Below, piece after piece: positions 42,060-57,263 of a DNA stretch of 64,000 nucleotides. The notes beneath the pieces were generated by a model. The model did not search any database. It was given only the letters and a program-made list of their open reading frames with translations, and was not told the origin of the DNA. The stretch comes from Octopus sinensis (taxonomy: Eukaryota): the NCBI RefSeq assembly GCF_006345805.1, contig NC_043001.1, positions 49,104,001 to 49,168,000 of the forward strand, in the 5' to 3' direction. The translations under genes and the position numbers were made by a program. The first letter of the stretch is position 1. Every line of letters begins with the position of its first letter.

Positions 42060-45000
42060 ATACATATATATATCATCATCATCATCAACGTTTAACGTCT
42101 GCTTTCTATGGTAGTGTAGGTTGGACGATTTGACTGAGGTCTGGTGAACCAGATGGCTGCACCAATCGATTTCGATAGAGAGAGGGAGGGAGGGAGGGGA
42201 GAGAGAGAGAGAGGGAGGGAGAGAGAGAGTGATCAAGAAAGAGGAATCAGATAGTTAAAGAATAAAAAATCAAACGTGAATTTACAAATGAGATGAAAGA
42301 ATGTATATCAGTCAGAAAATAAGAATTAGACATACAACAAAGGCTTTCTGCAAAATGAGCAAAAAATTACTAACCAACATTCAGAACAGTAAAGAAGTTT
42401 TTACTTGGAGTTCCATCAATTTCAGATACCAATGTAGTTTTCTCCTTCTTGAACAAATTCCTTGTGTAAGGATTTGGAGCCTGATAACGACTGGCCTCCA
42501 TTAACCATGTTGAGATAAACTTGTTTACTTCACCAATGTCATCTATTAACAAAGGTTAACATCAATTAAACAATGTTCAACATCTGTTAACATATATTAA
42601 CAATGATCAACATAAATAAACAGTAGTCATGGTATTTAACAATGACCATTATCCAGAAACAATGATGAACAACCATTAACAAAGGACTACACCCATTAAT
42701 AAACAAACATCATATGTTCAATTTTTCTTGTATGGAAAATTACTGGTTTCTTTTTTTTTTATACTTCAGTTATTATTAAGGGGCTAAATGTTTCTATGAC
42801 CTCAGGATCTCAAAAAGCTCATACATAGTTCTATATTCACTAGGGTTAAGTAGATGAGAGCTAAATCTTTCCCAGGATAGGACACAATCTATCACTGCCC
42901 TGGAAGATATGGTAGCTAATCTCTGCATGTAAGTGAACTGAACTTTAAAAAAGTGCTGAGGATCAAATGTCCTGCCAATATACAACAGAAACAAAACACT
43001 TGCAGTTACTTTTGATCTCAAGATACCTGACATTGTAAACACCTTATCCACTTGGATAAGCTGTAGTTTCATTTCAACAGACAGAGTGGTTGAAGGATGA
43101 TTGTTCCAAAAAGGTTAAGAGTTCAACTCCTACCATCACTATTGCCTCTCACTTTCAATTATGTTTGACTAATCTGAAATATGAATAACTGAATACCAAG
43201 TTTCATGGGTTAAGATACTGCACTCATGAGTTAAAAGGTCTTGTTCATTTAATATCTGATTTTGTTTCCTGCTAGCATTGGTTAGACGGATGTTTTGGGA
43301 CAATTTTTTTTTGCAGCTAGATGCTCTTCCTGTTGCCAACCTTAACCTGTTTTTCAATTAAAGGATTTGTTTTTTTATCTTATATGCTTTCAAAAGTGTA
43401 GAGGGACTGAATATGATTTCAACAAGGAATATAAACATTAGTCACCATTTCACTCAAGCAAAGCCATGGGATATCAACATTCAGATACGCACACAGACAC
43501 ACACACACACACACACACACATACAGAGTGGGTTTCCTACAATTTCCATCTGTCAAATTGACTCACAAGGCATTGCTAGCCCTGGAGCTATACTTGAAGC
43601 CACTTGTCTGAGCAAGCTACTGTGTAGAGGGATTGAACCAGAAATAACAATTCATAAGTTTAAACTCTTGTTGAAGTATAGCACATATCTATTATGCAGT
43701 AGAAGCTAATATGTTTCATAGAGTCAATCCAACAGTGGAATAAGTAGCCAGTCTGACATCATGGTTAAAATGAGTCAGGGAAGAAATTAGCAGAGTGATC
43801 TTTGGAATTGGTGTAACAGGCTAACACATCCTAAAGAGGTTAACAGTGGATGTATAAAGTTGATTCTATTAACTTTTGCAGTGATGTAATATGGAACAAC
43901 ACAGAAATTGGCGGCATTGTATAAAAGCCAACACAAATAATAGGTAACATTGCATAGGATCCAAAATAATAACTGGGAGCATTGCATAGGGCTCAACACA
44001 ATAAATGATAGCACTATATAGGACCCAACACAATATAACTGGTGACATTATATAAAGCCTAACACAGTTGCCTGATGGCATTGTAGAGAGGTAGTGAATT
44101 TGAAGAGTTATTAAGGTATTGTATACGATGTACCACAGTATTTGATATAAGTTTCAATGTTTTGAGTTCAAATCCAGATAAGGTCAGCTTTGTCCTTTAT
44201 ACTTTTTAGGGGTCGATAAAAAAACCCATGGTGGTGAACTGATAAAACTGTTTTAGGGTAATGGACATTCTGACAGCAATACTTGCACTGTCACTTGTGC
44301 CAAGCTGCATCAGCCCTAAAGAACTGGCCTTCTCCTTGGACAATGTTGGCAGTATGGACAGGGAAGACTTCCATGTATGGGCAACTGCTGGTCTTCCACA
44401 AGAAAATCAAAAGTATTACTCAGAGCTGTGGACACAGATTCCTAGTCAACCCTTACTGCTGGAGGCTACTATTTCTAACTAATGCAAGAACAGGTACCAT
44501 TTTATGTACCATTAAAACAAGTGGTGGCGTTGTAAGTACCAGTACAATATCTGGTGGTTGGGTTCAATCACATAACATTTTTAAATGTTAAAGGTTGTTG
44601 ACCTTTCTCACTCAATTCTTAACCCTTTCATTACTGTGACAAAGAATTTAGTAAAATAACTTAGTTATCATTCAGCTAGTGTTAGGAACATAAACTGTGA
44701 CTAAGGTTTGGTGGAAGATTTTAATTCAAAACTTAAGAAAACAAGACATTTGTACTCAGAGCCAGGGCCGGTTTCAGCCAGGTTGGTAATGAAAGGGTTA
44801 AATAATTTTATTGGGTCAGTTATGAAAATTGACTTCATGTAGTGTATCTAGAGTAGGTCTCTATGACAGGTCACCAACACTCTTCTAAATCATACTCATG
44901 GAAGAATTTCAGCTTAGCACTGGAGGTTAACAAAACACTAGTTAGAATAGTCTATGTCAGTAATGAGTTGTACCATTCTATGGAACCTATTTCCAGAAGT

Positions 45001-48000
45001 GAACTGAATCTCAAATAGTACCTTTTACAGAAGTGAACTGTGCCAATTTTTCATGGTACTTTATCTATATTCATCAGTGAATGGTACAACTACTATGGTA
45101 CCTATTTACAGTAATACAGACTAGGTCTGTGAGGTTGAAGATTCTTTTCTGATGACAACATGCAACACTGTTGATGAAATATGAACCTTTGCTTAGGATG
45201 CTGACAACCTACCAACTTGTCCAGCTATATAATTTCTCCAGATGATCTATAGTGTAGCTTGGTTTATTCTCATGTTTAGTAAGAGACACATGCAGAGAGA
45301 GTATCTCACCTCTTTTGATGATCTCAGAATGAAGACTGACAACTGCCACAATGAACGTGAAGGCTCTACGTTGTTTGTCGATTTCAGCATTGCCAGAAGA
45401 TAGCCACCTGAGGACAGATATCCACAAAAACATCAAAATATAAATTAAAAGTCAAGGTGATCTAGTTTTAGTGGTGTGAAACATATATAGCTAAGACACA
45501 TTTCATATAATCGCAACATAATGTCACACTTTAATTTCTTTCTACTTATTTTAAATAAAGATTAGCAATATTTCATATATATATATATATATATAGCAGA
45601 AGGCAATGAGTAAAAAAAGAAGACAGCATGGGAGGGACAAATATATCAGTTTAATGTTTAAAAAGAAGGAAGTCTCAATGTTTTGGATGCTGTTCTATCA
45701 TCAGAAGGAAGATCAAAATGGAAAACTAAAAGGAGAAAAAGTAATTGCAAAAAAATATATAAAAAAAAGTATATATAGGCACAAGAGTACCACATGGTTC
45801 TACGTTCATTCCCACAGTGTGGCACCTTGGGCAAGTGTCTTCTACTATAACCTCAAGCCGACCAAATCCTTGTGAGTGGATTTGGTAGACGGAAACTGAA
45901 AGAAACCCGTGGTATATATGTATATATATATATGTGTGTGTTTGTGTGTCTGTGTTTGTCCCCCCAACATCGCTTGACAACCAATGCTGGTGTGTTTACG
46001 TCCCTGTAACTTAGCAGTTCGGCAAAAGAGACCAAAGAATAAGTCCTGGGCCCAATTTGCTCAACTAAAGGCGGTGCTCCAGCATGGCCACAGTCAAATG
46101 ACTGAAACAAGTAAAAGAGTAAAAGAGTATATATATATATAAGAAAATGAAATGAACTACAGCTGTTTCTGCTATCAGATGCAGTGAACTCATAGTTGAG
46201 TTCCTGAATAACACCTTATAACTTCATCAAAGCTTTGAATATGATGTGCAATTTATTTGGGAAAAGAATTCCATTTTTGCATATACATACGAAAAAACAT
46301 TACCAACAAGAAAGCCAACAAATATGTGGGGAATGAAAGCCAAGGACTTCTCTCCTCCCATAAACAGAATAAAATGAGTGTGTATAAAGATGGGTGTATC
46401 CAGATTTAGATAAAGGTAATTATATCTAACAGTAAAAATATTTGCATATATATATACATGCATGCACATACATATGTACACACACATACATATATATACT
46501 TAATGCTCTTCCACCTTAATGATATTTTCCAGAAGATTATGAAAAGAAAAACTTAATGGTTAATTGTTCAAAATAAAATGCCAAACATTCATAGCTTGCT
46601 TTAAAAGTTTAATTACAGCTACAGTGAAGCCTGGTGCAGTCTTCTGCTTAGCCAGCCCCTGTCAAACCATCCAATCCATGCCAGCATGGAAAACGGATGT
46701 TAAATCTTGATAATGCTGATGATGAATGCACCTTGAGAATGCACATGAATATTTGTTTACTTAGTCATTCAGTTAGTTTGCAAGTTGTTATATGTATATA
46801 TTGCATTCACATTGCCTCTGTTGTTCTTTCTTCATAAAAAATTTGAATTAATTCACTCTTCCACTCAATGCTGCTAAATTTGTTAATTTCCAGACCTAGC
46901 AGGTTTTAACGCAACACAGCCAATGAAAACAGTCACTTAGTGGAAAGGTATAAATCTAATTAATTCTAAAATAATGTAGTTAGTCTAGCAAGTTTTTCAT
47001 TGTTATTAATCCTACAGTTTACCAATTTACATCAGATAACCTAATATTACTTCATTCTAAACTGACCAGCAAATTTAAGGACTGGTCCACATTTGGCAAT
47101 ATCAGAATAACCATATGATTAGTAACAGTCAAGAAAGTAACCACAGTTGTAACATTATTTCTAAGTGAATTCACCTCGCACTTAAATTCTGGACATTCAG
47201 AACCAATTGAGTCATTAAATGGAAAACCAAGGTACCACATAAAAAGTATTAGTGTGGGTGCTGGTACCATATAAAAAAAAAAACTCTGGTGCTGTTACCA
47301 TGTAAAAAGTAGCTGGTATTTGGAAGGGTATCCAGCTGTAGAAAGCAAACCAAAATGGATTATGGAACCTGGTGCAGCCCCTGTCCTTGCCAGTTCCTGC
47401 CAAGCTGTCCAACCCACATGCATGGAAAACAGACATTAAATGTTGATGATGATGATCATGATGATATACAGGGTACATCAGTTTTTGAGGACACCTCTTT
47501 CAAGAGCGCTAGCTTTCTTCTTATTTGTTCTACTTTGCTTTTCAGATAAATAATGTCAGATATCAGGTTGACTCAGCAAATCATGATCATTATCATCAAC
47601 ACTTAATGTCTGTTTTCCATGCTGGTATGGGTTGGACAGCTTAGTGGTAATCTCTCTGAACAACTGTTACAAGAGGCACCTGTTGTTGCCACATCTGTGC
47701 AACAGTGTATGCCCCTAGCTAGCAGCACTGAAAATCTACAACCATGCAGCTCATGTTTAAGAGAACAATCAAGCACAGATGGGAATATGTTAATGATTAT
47801 TGGTGCATCTCTCAGTAAGCATGTGTCTGTCTGTTTATCACAGTATGCACAGACACACACATCCATGTGTGCATGTGTATATATTTGTTCCTATCTGCTT
47901 CTCCCTAACCCTGACAACATATTTGTTTCAGTAGCCACGACTTGCAGATGCTGTGTTTCTTCCCTTCCTCCCCATCAAACACTTTTAGGCTTTGTTTTAT

Positions 48001-50387
48001 TCTTTGTGTTCCATAGCCCTTAAAACATCACAATTAATCCTCATATCTCTACTCTTCCTCTACCATTCTAACCTTGACTTTTCTTGTTTTTATTTTGTTA
48101 TGGTCCAGGACACAGAATTCTGATGACCTACTTTCATGTGTATTGCTGTGATTCTAACTTCATAACCTAAAATAATCTATTCCTTTGACAACACCACCTC
48201 TCTTCCTCATCACTCCTATTAGTTGTCACATGGCATAGTTCATTCTCAAGTATTGCTGTAATGTTAGCAATAAGATGTATTATAATCGTAAGCATCTAAA
48301 CTTACCTTACAGCTTCAGAAACCATCCTGGCCAAACAACCAATCTTTTGTCCCTGAAAAATAGAGTAGAATTTAACTGAATCACTGAAATACACTTTTGT
48401 TTAGATTTGAAATCAGCCCTGATATGGCATCTATGTGATTAATGACATTCCAGCCTTGACTATCCGGTATCTTATTTAAACATAATATTGTGTGATTTGA
48501 GGCAAATTCAGTTAATAATTTCTAGCAACAAGAACAAATGAGTTGATCATAAATAAGCCAGTGAGATAGCCTCTTAGTTGTTGCTCAGTTTGTTCCACAT
48601 AGTGGCCAAATCTCCCTCAAAATCACACCTTACCATCTTCAATCATTCACCAAAGGGTGCTGGGTGTGGGTTCGTTTGTTCCCAGTAAATTTAACCCTTT
48701 CATTACCAACCCGGCTGAAACCGGCTCTGGCTCTGAGTACAAAGGTCTTGTTTTCATAAGTTTTGAATTAAAATCTTCCACCAAACCTTAGTCACAATTT
48801 ATGTTCCTAACACGAGCTGAATGATAACTAAGTTATTTTACTAAATTCTTTGTTATAATCCAAGTAATTGAAAGAAACACAGAGCATCACAAAATAAATA
48901 CAGTAAAGTGTCTTCACAGTTCCATGATTTAATTATTTGTTCAAGGTGACATGACAGAGAAAGAAAGTGGATAGAAGTGAGACCAATGATTGCCAAAGAA
49001 GAACCAGGATAAGTGCATAAAGGGAGCAAGAGTATGATAGTTGAGGGTGAATGGAATGAGAGGGTGGTAGAAGGAAAGTGAGAATGAGGGATAGTTATGA
49101 GAGTGGACAATGGTGGGTGTAAAGGAAGGAAAAGGTGATGGTAGAGTTATATCTAATGCAATCCTTTATACATAGGTTTCATGAAGATAGTAAACAATAG
49201 AATGGCAGATAACACGGCAGTGCTAGAAATATCAACCTATTCTCCTTTAAGAAACTTAAAAAGGAAAATGCATTGAATATTATGATCCCTACTATTTAAA
49301 AAAGATAGGGTAGTCAAGTGTTGGGGGTGTGGCAAGAAGATTGCTTTCCAGCTACATGGTTCTGGATTCGGTTCCACTGCACAGCACTTTGGCCAAGTGT
49401 CTTCTACAATAGCCTTGGGCTAACCAAAGCCTTGAGTGGATTTTGTAGACAGAAACTGAAAGAAGCCCATCATGTGTATGTGTGTGTGTGTGTGATAGTG
49501 CCTGTGTTTGTTGCCCATCACAGCTTGACAATCAGTGTTGGTATGTTTACATTCCTGTAACATAGTAGTTTGGCAAAAAAGACTGATAGAATAAGTTCAG
49601 GCTTAAAAAAAAGTACTGGGGTTGATTCGTTCAACTAAAAATTCTTCTAGGCGGTACCCCAGCATGACTGCAGTCTAATGATTGAAACAAATAAAAGATA
49701 AAAGTTAAAAGATAGTTATGGCTGGAATATCTTTGATTAATGATTTTCAAATGATGAGCAGCAAGGGATATCTAGGTATGGTGCAGATTTTGAAGAAAAT
49801 AATTGGAGACTTGAGAAAATCCATACTAATAACAAACTTGTTTAAATTTATTAATATAGGCACAGGAGTGGCTGTGTGGTAAGTAGCTTGCTTACCAACC
49901 ACATGGTTCTGGGTTCAGTCCCACTGTGTGGCACCTTGGGCAAGTGTCTTCTACTATAGCCTTGGGCCAACCAAAGCCTTGTGAGTGGATTTGGTAAACG
50001 GAAACTGAAAGAAGCCCGTCGTATATATGTATATATATATATGTGTGTGTGTGTGTTTGTGTGTCTGTGTTTGTCTCCCTAGCATTGCTTGACAACTGAT
50101 GCTGGTGTGTTTATGTCCCCGTCAATTAGTGGTTCGGCAAAAGAGACCGATAGAATAAGTACTGGGCTTACAAAGAATAAGTCCCGGGGTCGAGTTGCTC
50201 GACTAAAGGCGGTGCTCCAGCATGGCCACAGTCAAATGACTGAAACAAGTAAAAGAGTAAAAGAGTATAGGTGCAGGAATGAAGGTGTGGTAAGAAGCTT
50301 GCTTCTGGGTTCAGTCCCACCAAGTGGCGTCTTAGGCCAACCAAAGCCTTGTGAGAGGATTTGGTAAACAGAAACTGAAAGAATCGC

Positions 50388-50430
<43 letters not shown>

Positions 50431-51344
50431 TACGTATTTGTGTGTCTGTGTCTGTCCTCCAGCATCACTTGACAACTGATGTTGGTGTGTTTACATCCCC
50501 GTAACATAGTGGTTTTTGGCAAAAGAGACTGATAGAAGTACTAGGCTTACAAACAATAAGTCCTTGGGTCAATTTGTTTGAGTAAAGGAAGTGCTCCAGC
50601 ATGACTACAGTCAAACGACTTAAATGAGTAAAAGAATAATTTTGCTAATTAAAACAAAGCGGGCAATAGGTTTCTTTATTTTTTACTTAAATATTTAAAC
50701 TTTAGAACAGATTTTTATTTCCCTAACCATACAAAGTGTACCAGTAGTTTTTTTGGATTTGAACTCCAGTATATCATTCGTTATAGTTGTTCCTTTTATG
50801 TCTGTTTTTCCAAGAGAGCATGGGTTTGACAAATATATTAGTGAAACCAGGAAGTGGAACCTGGTGTGATCGCTGGCTTTACCAGTTCCTGTCAAGCCAT
50901 CCAAACCATGGAAAACAGATGTTAAATGTTGATGATGATGTCATTCATGTCACTAACCCATACCTGCTTTTCATGTAAGGAATCTCTTATTCCACATGTC
51001 TTTGGGTGATTAATCCAGCAGATGATTTGTTAACAGTAGAAATAACAATGTCACTGCTTGTAGCCCAGCAAAATTTGGAGAAGCAAAAGAATGCAAACAA
51101 ACACACAGACATATGCATGCAGACATGCATTCATACATCACTTTTACTTGTTTCGGTCATTTGACTGCAGCCATGCTGGTGCACCACCTTTAGTCAAGCA
51201 AATCGACCCCAGGACTTATTCTTTGAAAGCCTAGTACTTATTTTATCGGTCTCTTTTGCCGAACCGCTAAGTTACGGGGACGTAAACACACCACCATCTG
51301 TTGTCAAGTAATTGGGGGGGAAACAAACACAGATACGCAAACAT

Positions 51345-51388
<44 letters not shown>

Positions 51389-54300
51389 GACGGGCTTCTT
51401 TCAGTTTCCGTCTACCAAATCCACTCACAAGGCTTTGGTCGGCCCAAAGTGCCACACAGTGCCACACAGTGGGAATGAACTCGGAACCATGTGGTTGACA
51501 AGCAAGCTACTTACCACACAGCCACTCCTGTGCCTTTAAACAGTTTCTGTCTTCCAAATTCGTTTACAAGATATTAGTCAAATCATAAAGATTGAGAACC
51601 ACTACTTTTGGTCAATGAAGGTTGTCTTGTAGGTAAACAACAACAAAAGCTGTTCAAATAAACACAATCCTCTCAGGATAGCAGAGGAAAACAGAAATCT
51701 ATATATATAAAGCTGAAGTTGTCTGTGTGTGGCAGGTTTGGTAGCCTTCAACTAACACTATTTCCTCCGAGTCCCTGCAGCACAAGTTGACCAAAATTGA
51801 GAGTATGATAGAAGAAGGCATGCTCTTCATTCAGTAGAAGAAAAAATTCAAATTAGACCATGTTAAGACTAAAAATTATTTACATCAAAAAGGGGCTTTT
51901 TTTTTCTATGAAAATCCCTATTTTTTACGATTTTTTGACTGCTGTGTTGCCATTTTTCGGTGTATTTCAACCAGAAAAATGTTCACTTAAAGAGAATAAC
52001 AAGCTACATAATGCAAAATTTTTACTTTTCAAAAATTCCAATTCTAAAGGGTCAAAACAAACCCAAGCAATGCTGGGCTATACTGCTAGTAAAACAATAA
52101 AACAAAAAAGGTTGAAGTAGGGTCTCACCTGTACCAAATAGAAAGGTAAACTGTCGATGGCCTTGGAAACATCAACACTGTTGTTGAACATCTCAGCCAT
52201 ATGGTTACCATCTTCATCCTCATCTGAAGCCAGCAGTTCAATAAAGATCTGTTTACATAGCAGACATTCCCGGTTACTCTTCTTCACCACCACAGCAGAT
52301 AGAAAGAGGTTTGACAATAGTTTTGAAGGTATACTGGAACATAAACATCATGAGAGACAACAATATCAGACATTGCTCAAGAGTTGCTACAGAATTACAG
52401 TAAAATTCTTACAGAAATATTGATTTCAAATTTTGGTACAAGGCCAGCAATATCGAGGGAGGGGTTAAGTCAACTGCATCAACCTCAGAACTCAACTGGT
52501 ACTTACTTTATCAACCCTAAAAGAATGAAAAGCAAAGTTGACTTTGGTGGAATTTGAACTCAGAATGTGAAGATGGATGAAATACTAAGCATTTTGCCTG
52601 GTGTGCTAATGATTCTGCCAGCTCACTGCCTTAATTTCTACTGAAATATTGCTTTAAATTGCAGCTAAATTGATTCAGAACTGCAAGAGAATTACAATAC
52701 AATTTCCTATAGAAATATTGCTTCAAAATTGCTATAAAGATGATAAGGAATTACAAAAGAACTGCTACAAGATTAGAACACAATTCATTCAAGAGATATT
52801 TCTATAAATTCTGCAGAATTACAATTTGATCGTTTGTTTATTTTAAAGCTTTACTCTTTTCTCTTGTTTGCTATTTTTTATCTTTTCATCTCCATTCATA
52901 GTATATACTCCTTTCCCATCCCACTTCTTTTCTGTATCTTGCCTACACAACTCCTGTTCCTCCAAGGAAATCAAAAGGCAGTTGGTTAGAAGAAAGAAGT
53001 TCTGAAAGCAGCTAAAGGCTTCATCTTCAGCAAACATTAACCTCAGAGCTGGTGAAGAAAAGGCCATCGAGGTTTTGGATAAGTGAGATAAAATGTATGA
53101 TAATGCAATGAAATGATGTCTGGTACAAAAAAATGAAAAAGAGCAAAGAATGACAACCAAACATGCCTGGGTATATAGTACTGTGGAAAAATTCCACTTG
53201 CTTCATATTTGGTAGATAATGTGTCCTATATCACACAACAGAAGTCTGCATTAGTCATTGGAATTGTCAGTTTAGTGATGGATTCTCTTTAACTCTTTTG
53301 TTACCATATTTCTGTTGAGATGCTCTGTGTTTCTTTCAATTAATTTTAAATATAACAAAGAATTTAATAATACAACTTAGTTATCATTAAGCTAGTGTTA
53401 GTGTTCGGAACCTAAATTGTAATTAAGGTTTGGTGGAAGATTTTAATTCAGAACTTTTGAAAGCAAGCTATTTGTACTACAGAGCCAGAGGTGGTTTCAG
53501 GCAGGCTGGTATCAAAAGAGTTAAGCAGGAGTTGGACAGATAATACAGACAATAAAACTGTATGTATATTGGTGTGATATGAAATGAAATAGTGACTAAC
53601 ATTTTATAATGGGATCTTTGTTGGAGAAGTAATAACAGAAGATATTATGGAAATCTCTAAAAAATGTCTATGTGTGTGTATCTTTGTGTCCATATTTGTT
53701 CCCCCACCATCACTTGAACTAATGTTGATGTGTTTACGTCCTTGTAACTTAGAGGTTTGGCAAAAGAGACAAGGGCTGACAAGCTGGGAGGCTGCATCAG
53801 ACTCCAGTTTGATTTGGCATGGTTTCTATGACTGGATGGCCTTCCTAATGCCAACCACTCTGAGAATGTAATGGGTGCTTTTATGTGCCACTGGCGCAGG
53901 TGCCATTATCATGACACTGGTATCTGCCATGACTGCAATTTTGCTTGGCTTGATGGGTCTTCTTCTTAAGCATGACATAATGCCAGAGATCTCAGTCATT
54001 GTCTCTATGAGGACCAACACTTGAAAGGAGCTCAGCTAGTTTGCTTTTGTGAGACCCAATGCTTGAAAGGTGCTTTTTATGTGCCTGTTATGTGACACCA
54101 GTATCAGCCATGACTACAATTTCACTTGGCTTGACAGGTCTTCTCATGCACAGCATATCACCAAAGGTCTCAGTCAATAGTCATTGCCTCTGTGGGACTC
54201 AAAGTCTGAAGATCATGATTCACTACCTCGTCCCATATCTTCCTGGGTCTACCTCTACCACAAGTTCCCTCTAGTTAGAAATCGGCACTTCTTTACATAG

Positions 54301-56708
54301 CTGTCCTCATCCATACCCATCACATGATCATACCGGTGCAGTCGATCTCTTGCACACCACATCTGAGGCCTCTTATGCTTAACTTTTCTCTCAAGATGCT
54401 GACACTCTGTCGAACATGCACATCCAGCAAAGCATACTAGCTTCATTTCTTTCAAGCCTACGCATGTCCTTGGCCATCACAGCCCATGTTTCATTGCCAT
54501 GTAGCATAGTTGTTTGCACACGGGCATCATACAATCTGCCTTTCATTCTGAGAGAGAGGCCCTTGTTGTCAGTAGAGGTAGGAGCTCGCTGTACTTTGCT
54601 CAGCCTAATCTCATTCTCACAGCTACATTCTCGGAGCACCCACCTCCGCTACTAACTTGGTCACCTAGATAATGGAAGCTATCTACTATCTCTAGCTTAC
54701 TCCACTGGCAGTTGATAGAGTTTATTTTCTGTACACTTTCAGTGCATCTTCCACATACAAAAGCTATTTTCCCTGTTAACCTTTCTCTGATATTGCTGCA
54801 CATTTTATGTGTCCAAAGCTTAGACTGGGTGCATCTTATGGAGTTTCCACCTATGCCTTTTCTACATATCAACCCGGGCCATCAATCTGAAGGGATTTGT
54901 GATTTGCTTGCCTTCCTACTTACTAAAACTTTGGTTTTTGCTAGGTTAACTCTAAGGCTCGATTCTAGACCTTTCTTCCATACCTGGAATTTCTCTAGTT
55001 CTGGTAGTGATTCAGCTAAAAGAAAAAGGTCATCAGCATAGAGGAGCTCCCAGGGGCAGCCTATCTTAAATTTCTCTGGTATTGCCTGGAGGACAATGAT
55101 GAACAAGAGGGGGCTGAGGGCCAATCCTTAGTGAACCCCTACTTGCACCCTGAATTCATCACTACTCATTACCAACCCTCACCTTACTGGTAGCATACCA
55201 GTACATGGCTTATACAGCTCTTACCAATCACTTGTCTATCCCTGGTTTCCACATTGACCACAAGATAAGGGATCAGAGGGACCCTGTCAAAGGCTTTCTC
55301 CAAGTCAACAAAAGGCAAGTACAGAGGCTTATCTTTGGCTGTGTATTTCTCCTGCAGCTGTCTTACCAGAAATATAGCATCAGTGGTGCTTCTACCTCGC
55401 ACAAAATCAAACTGCATCTCATCTAGGCTCTCTCCCTAACTAGTTGGACTATGACTCTCTTTGTAACTTTCATCACCCGATCCAACAATTTGATACCTCT
55501 GTAATTATTTCTAAGGATCACTTTTACCTTTATAGCAGCTGACTATGGTGCTGCTACACCAGTTATTGGGTATGACTCTTTTGTGAACCACCTGATTTAC
55601 AATAAGGGTGACTAGACCATAACCCACACTACCAGATATTTCAAATATCTCAGCGATGATACCTGATGGGCTGGGAGCTTTCCCTGTCTTAATATCCTTA
55701 ATTGCTTTATCTTCTAAGGTACTATCAATTCGGGTAACTGGTCCCTCAATTGGGTCAACATTTAGCAGACTTTCCTCCTCCCATTCATTCTCCATGTTCT
55801 GAAGTCTTTCATAATGACATTGCCAAGCCTCTTCTGATTTTATTTGCAAAGTGCCAGACACATAGCTAGTTATGTCCTTAACACACCCTGCGCCTGACCA
55901 CTGACTATTAATGGTTATAAGGTGTAGTATACTACACTTTGTAATCATTAAATAACTTTATCTAATACATACTTCATCTTTCAAAGACAATAGTGTGTAG
56001 CTGAAAGGATATTTGGCTGTTATTTCTAGCTGCTTAAGTGACTAAGTAGAGGCTCCTTGGTTGAATCATATATGTCCTCACTGTCTGACATTCACTTTTC
56101 CATGCTTGTATGAGAGAGAATTTGTTGAGGCAAATTTTCTACAGCTAGATTCCTTTCCTATCACTAACACTTACCTGTTTCCAAGCAAGGTAATACTTGC
56201 CAATGTTTACACTTTTACTTGTTTCAGTCATTTGACTGTGGCCATGCTGGAGCACCCCCTTTTTAGTTGATCAAATCGACCCCAGGACTTATTCTTTGTA
56301 AGCCTAGTATTATTCTATCGGTCTCTTTTGCCGAACCGCTAAGTTACGGGGACGTAAACACACCAGCATCGGTTGTCAAGCGATGTTGGGGGGACAAACA
56401 CAAACATATACACACACACACATATATATATACATATATATACGACGGGCTTCTTTCAGTTTCCGTCTACCAAATCCACTCACAAGGCTTTGGTTGGCCT
56501 GAGGCTATAGTAGAAAACACTTGTCCAAGGTGCCACGCAGTGGAACTGAACCCGGAACCATGTGGTTGGTAAGCAAGCTACTTACCACACAGCCACTCAT
56601 GGAAGATTGGAAATGAAGGGCTCTGTTTGTATGAATGTAATGCTTGTTTACAACTACTGTATAATATCAAGAAAAGGAAACACGAACATGCATATACATG
56701 CATAACAT

Positions 56709-56742
<34 letters not shown>

Positions 56743-57193
56743 CCAAATTGAAGGAGTGGAACGGGTAAAATCTGGGCTACATATGTTTCTGAGCTGATCC
56801 TTTGATGTAATAATCTATTATAATGCCAAAATGAATTTCTGTCACACTTTGACCGCCATTCCCACTATTCAATGACATTTCCATTATTCCCCGTGATGGA
56901 GTGAAAGTAATAGGTACAGCGACAATAGTAGATTGACGGTTGTGAATATAATGGGGTGATAATAATCGTATGAACAGTAGTTGTGATAGCGGCAAAGGCG
57001 ACAGTGATGATGGTGGTGGCGGTGGTAGCTAAAGCACTCAGCATTGTGAAAGACAGTAGTGATGGTGGTGGAGGGCAAGGCGGCAAAGTCAAAGGTATTG
57101 ATGGTGGTGGCATTGGAAGTTTGAATGGTGTGTGTATGGCAGTGGTGGTGGTGGTGGTGGTACTGTTGATGGTGATGGTTGAAAACAATTAAC

Positions 57194-57263
<70 letters not shown>

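Noticed and set aside
42794-43072. 92-aa minus-strand ORF as an extra AP5Z1 exon
   Set aside because: Exons 5 and 6 join in phase without it, it has no AP5Z1 similarity, and the opposite strand looks like a decayed RT
43905-44090. CRISPR-like array
   Set aside because: Units are degenerate along their whole length with no unique spacers; eukaryotic minisatellite
44261-44482. ORF starting with a signal-peptide-like stretch (MDILTAILALSLVP)
   Set aside because: The DNA is a diverged SINE family C domain
56780-57190. Thr/His/Val-rich ORFs on both strands
   Set aside because: Decayed (GGT/GAT)n low-complexity DNA, like 25630-26010
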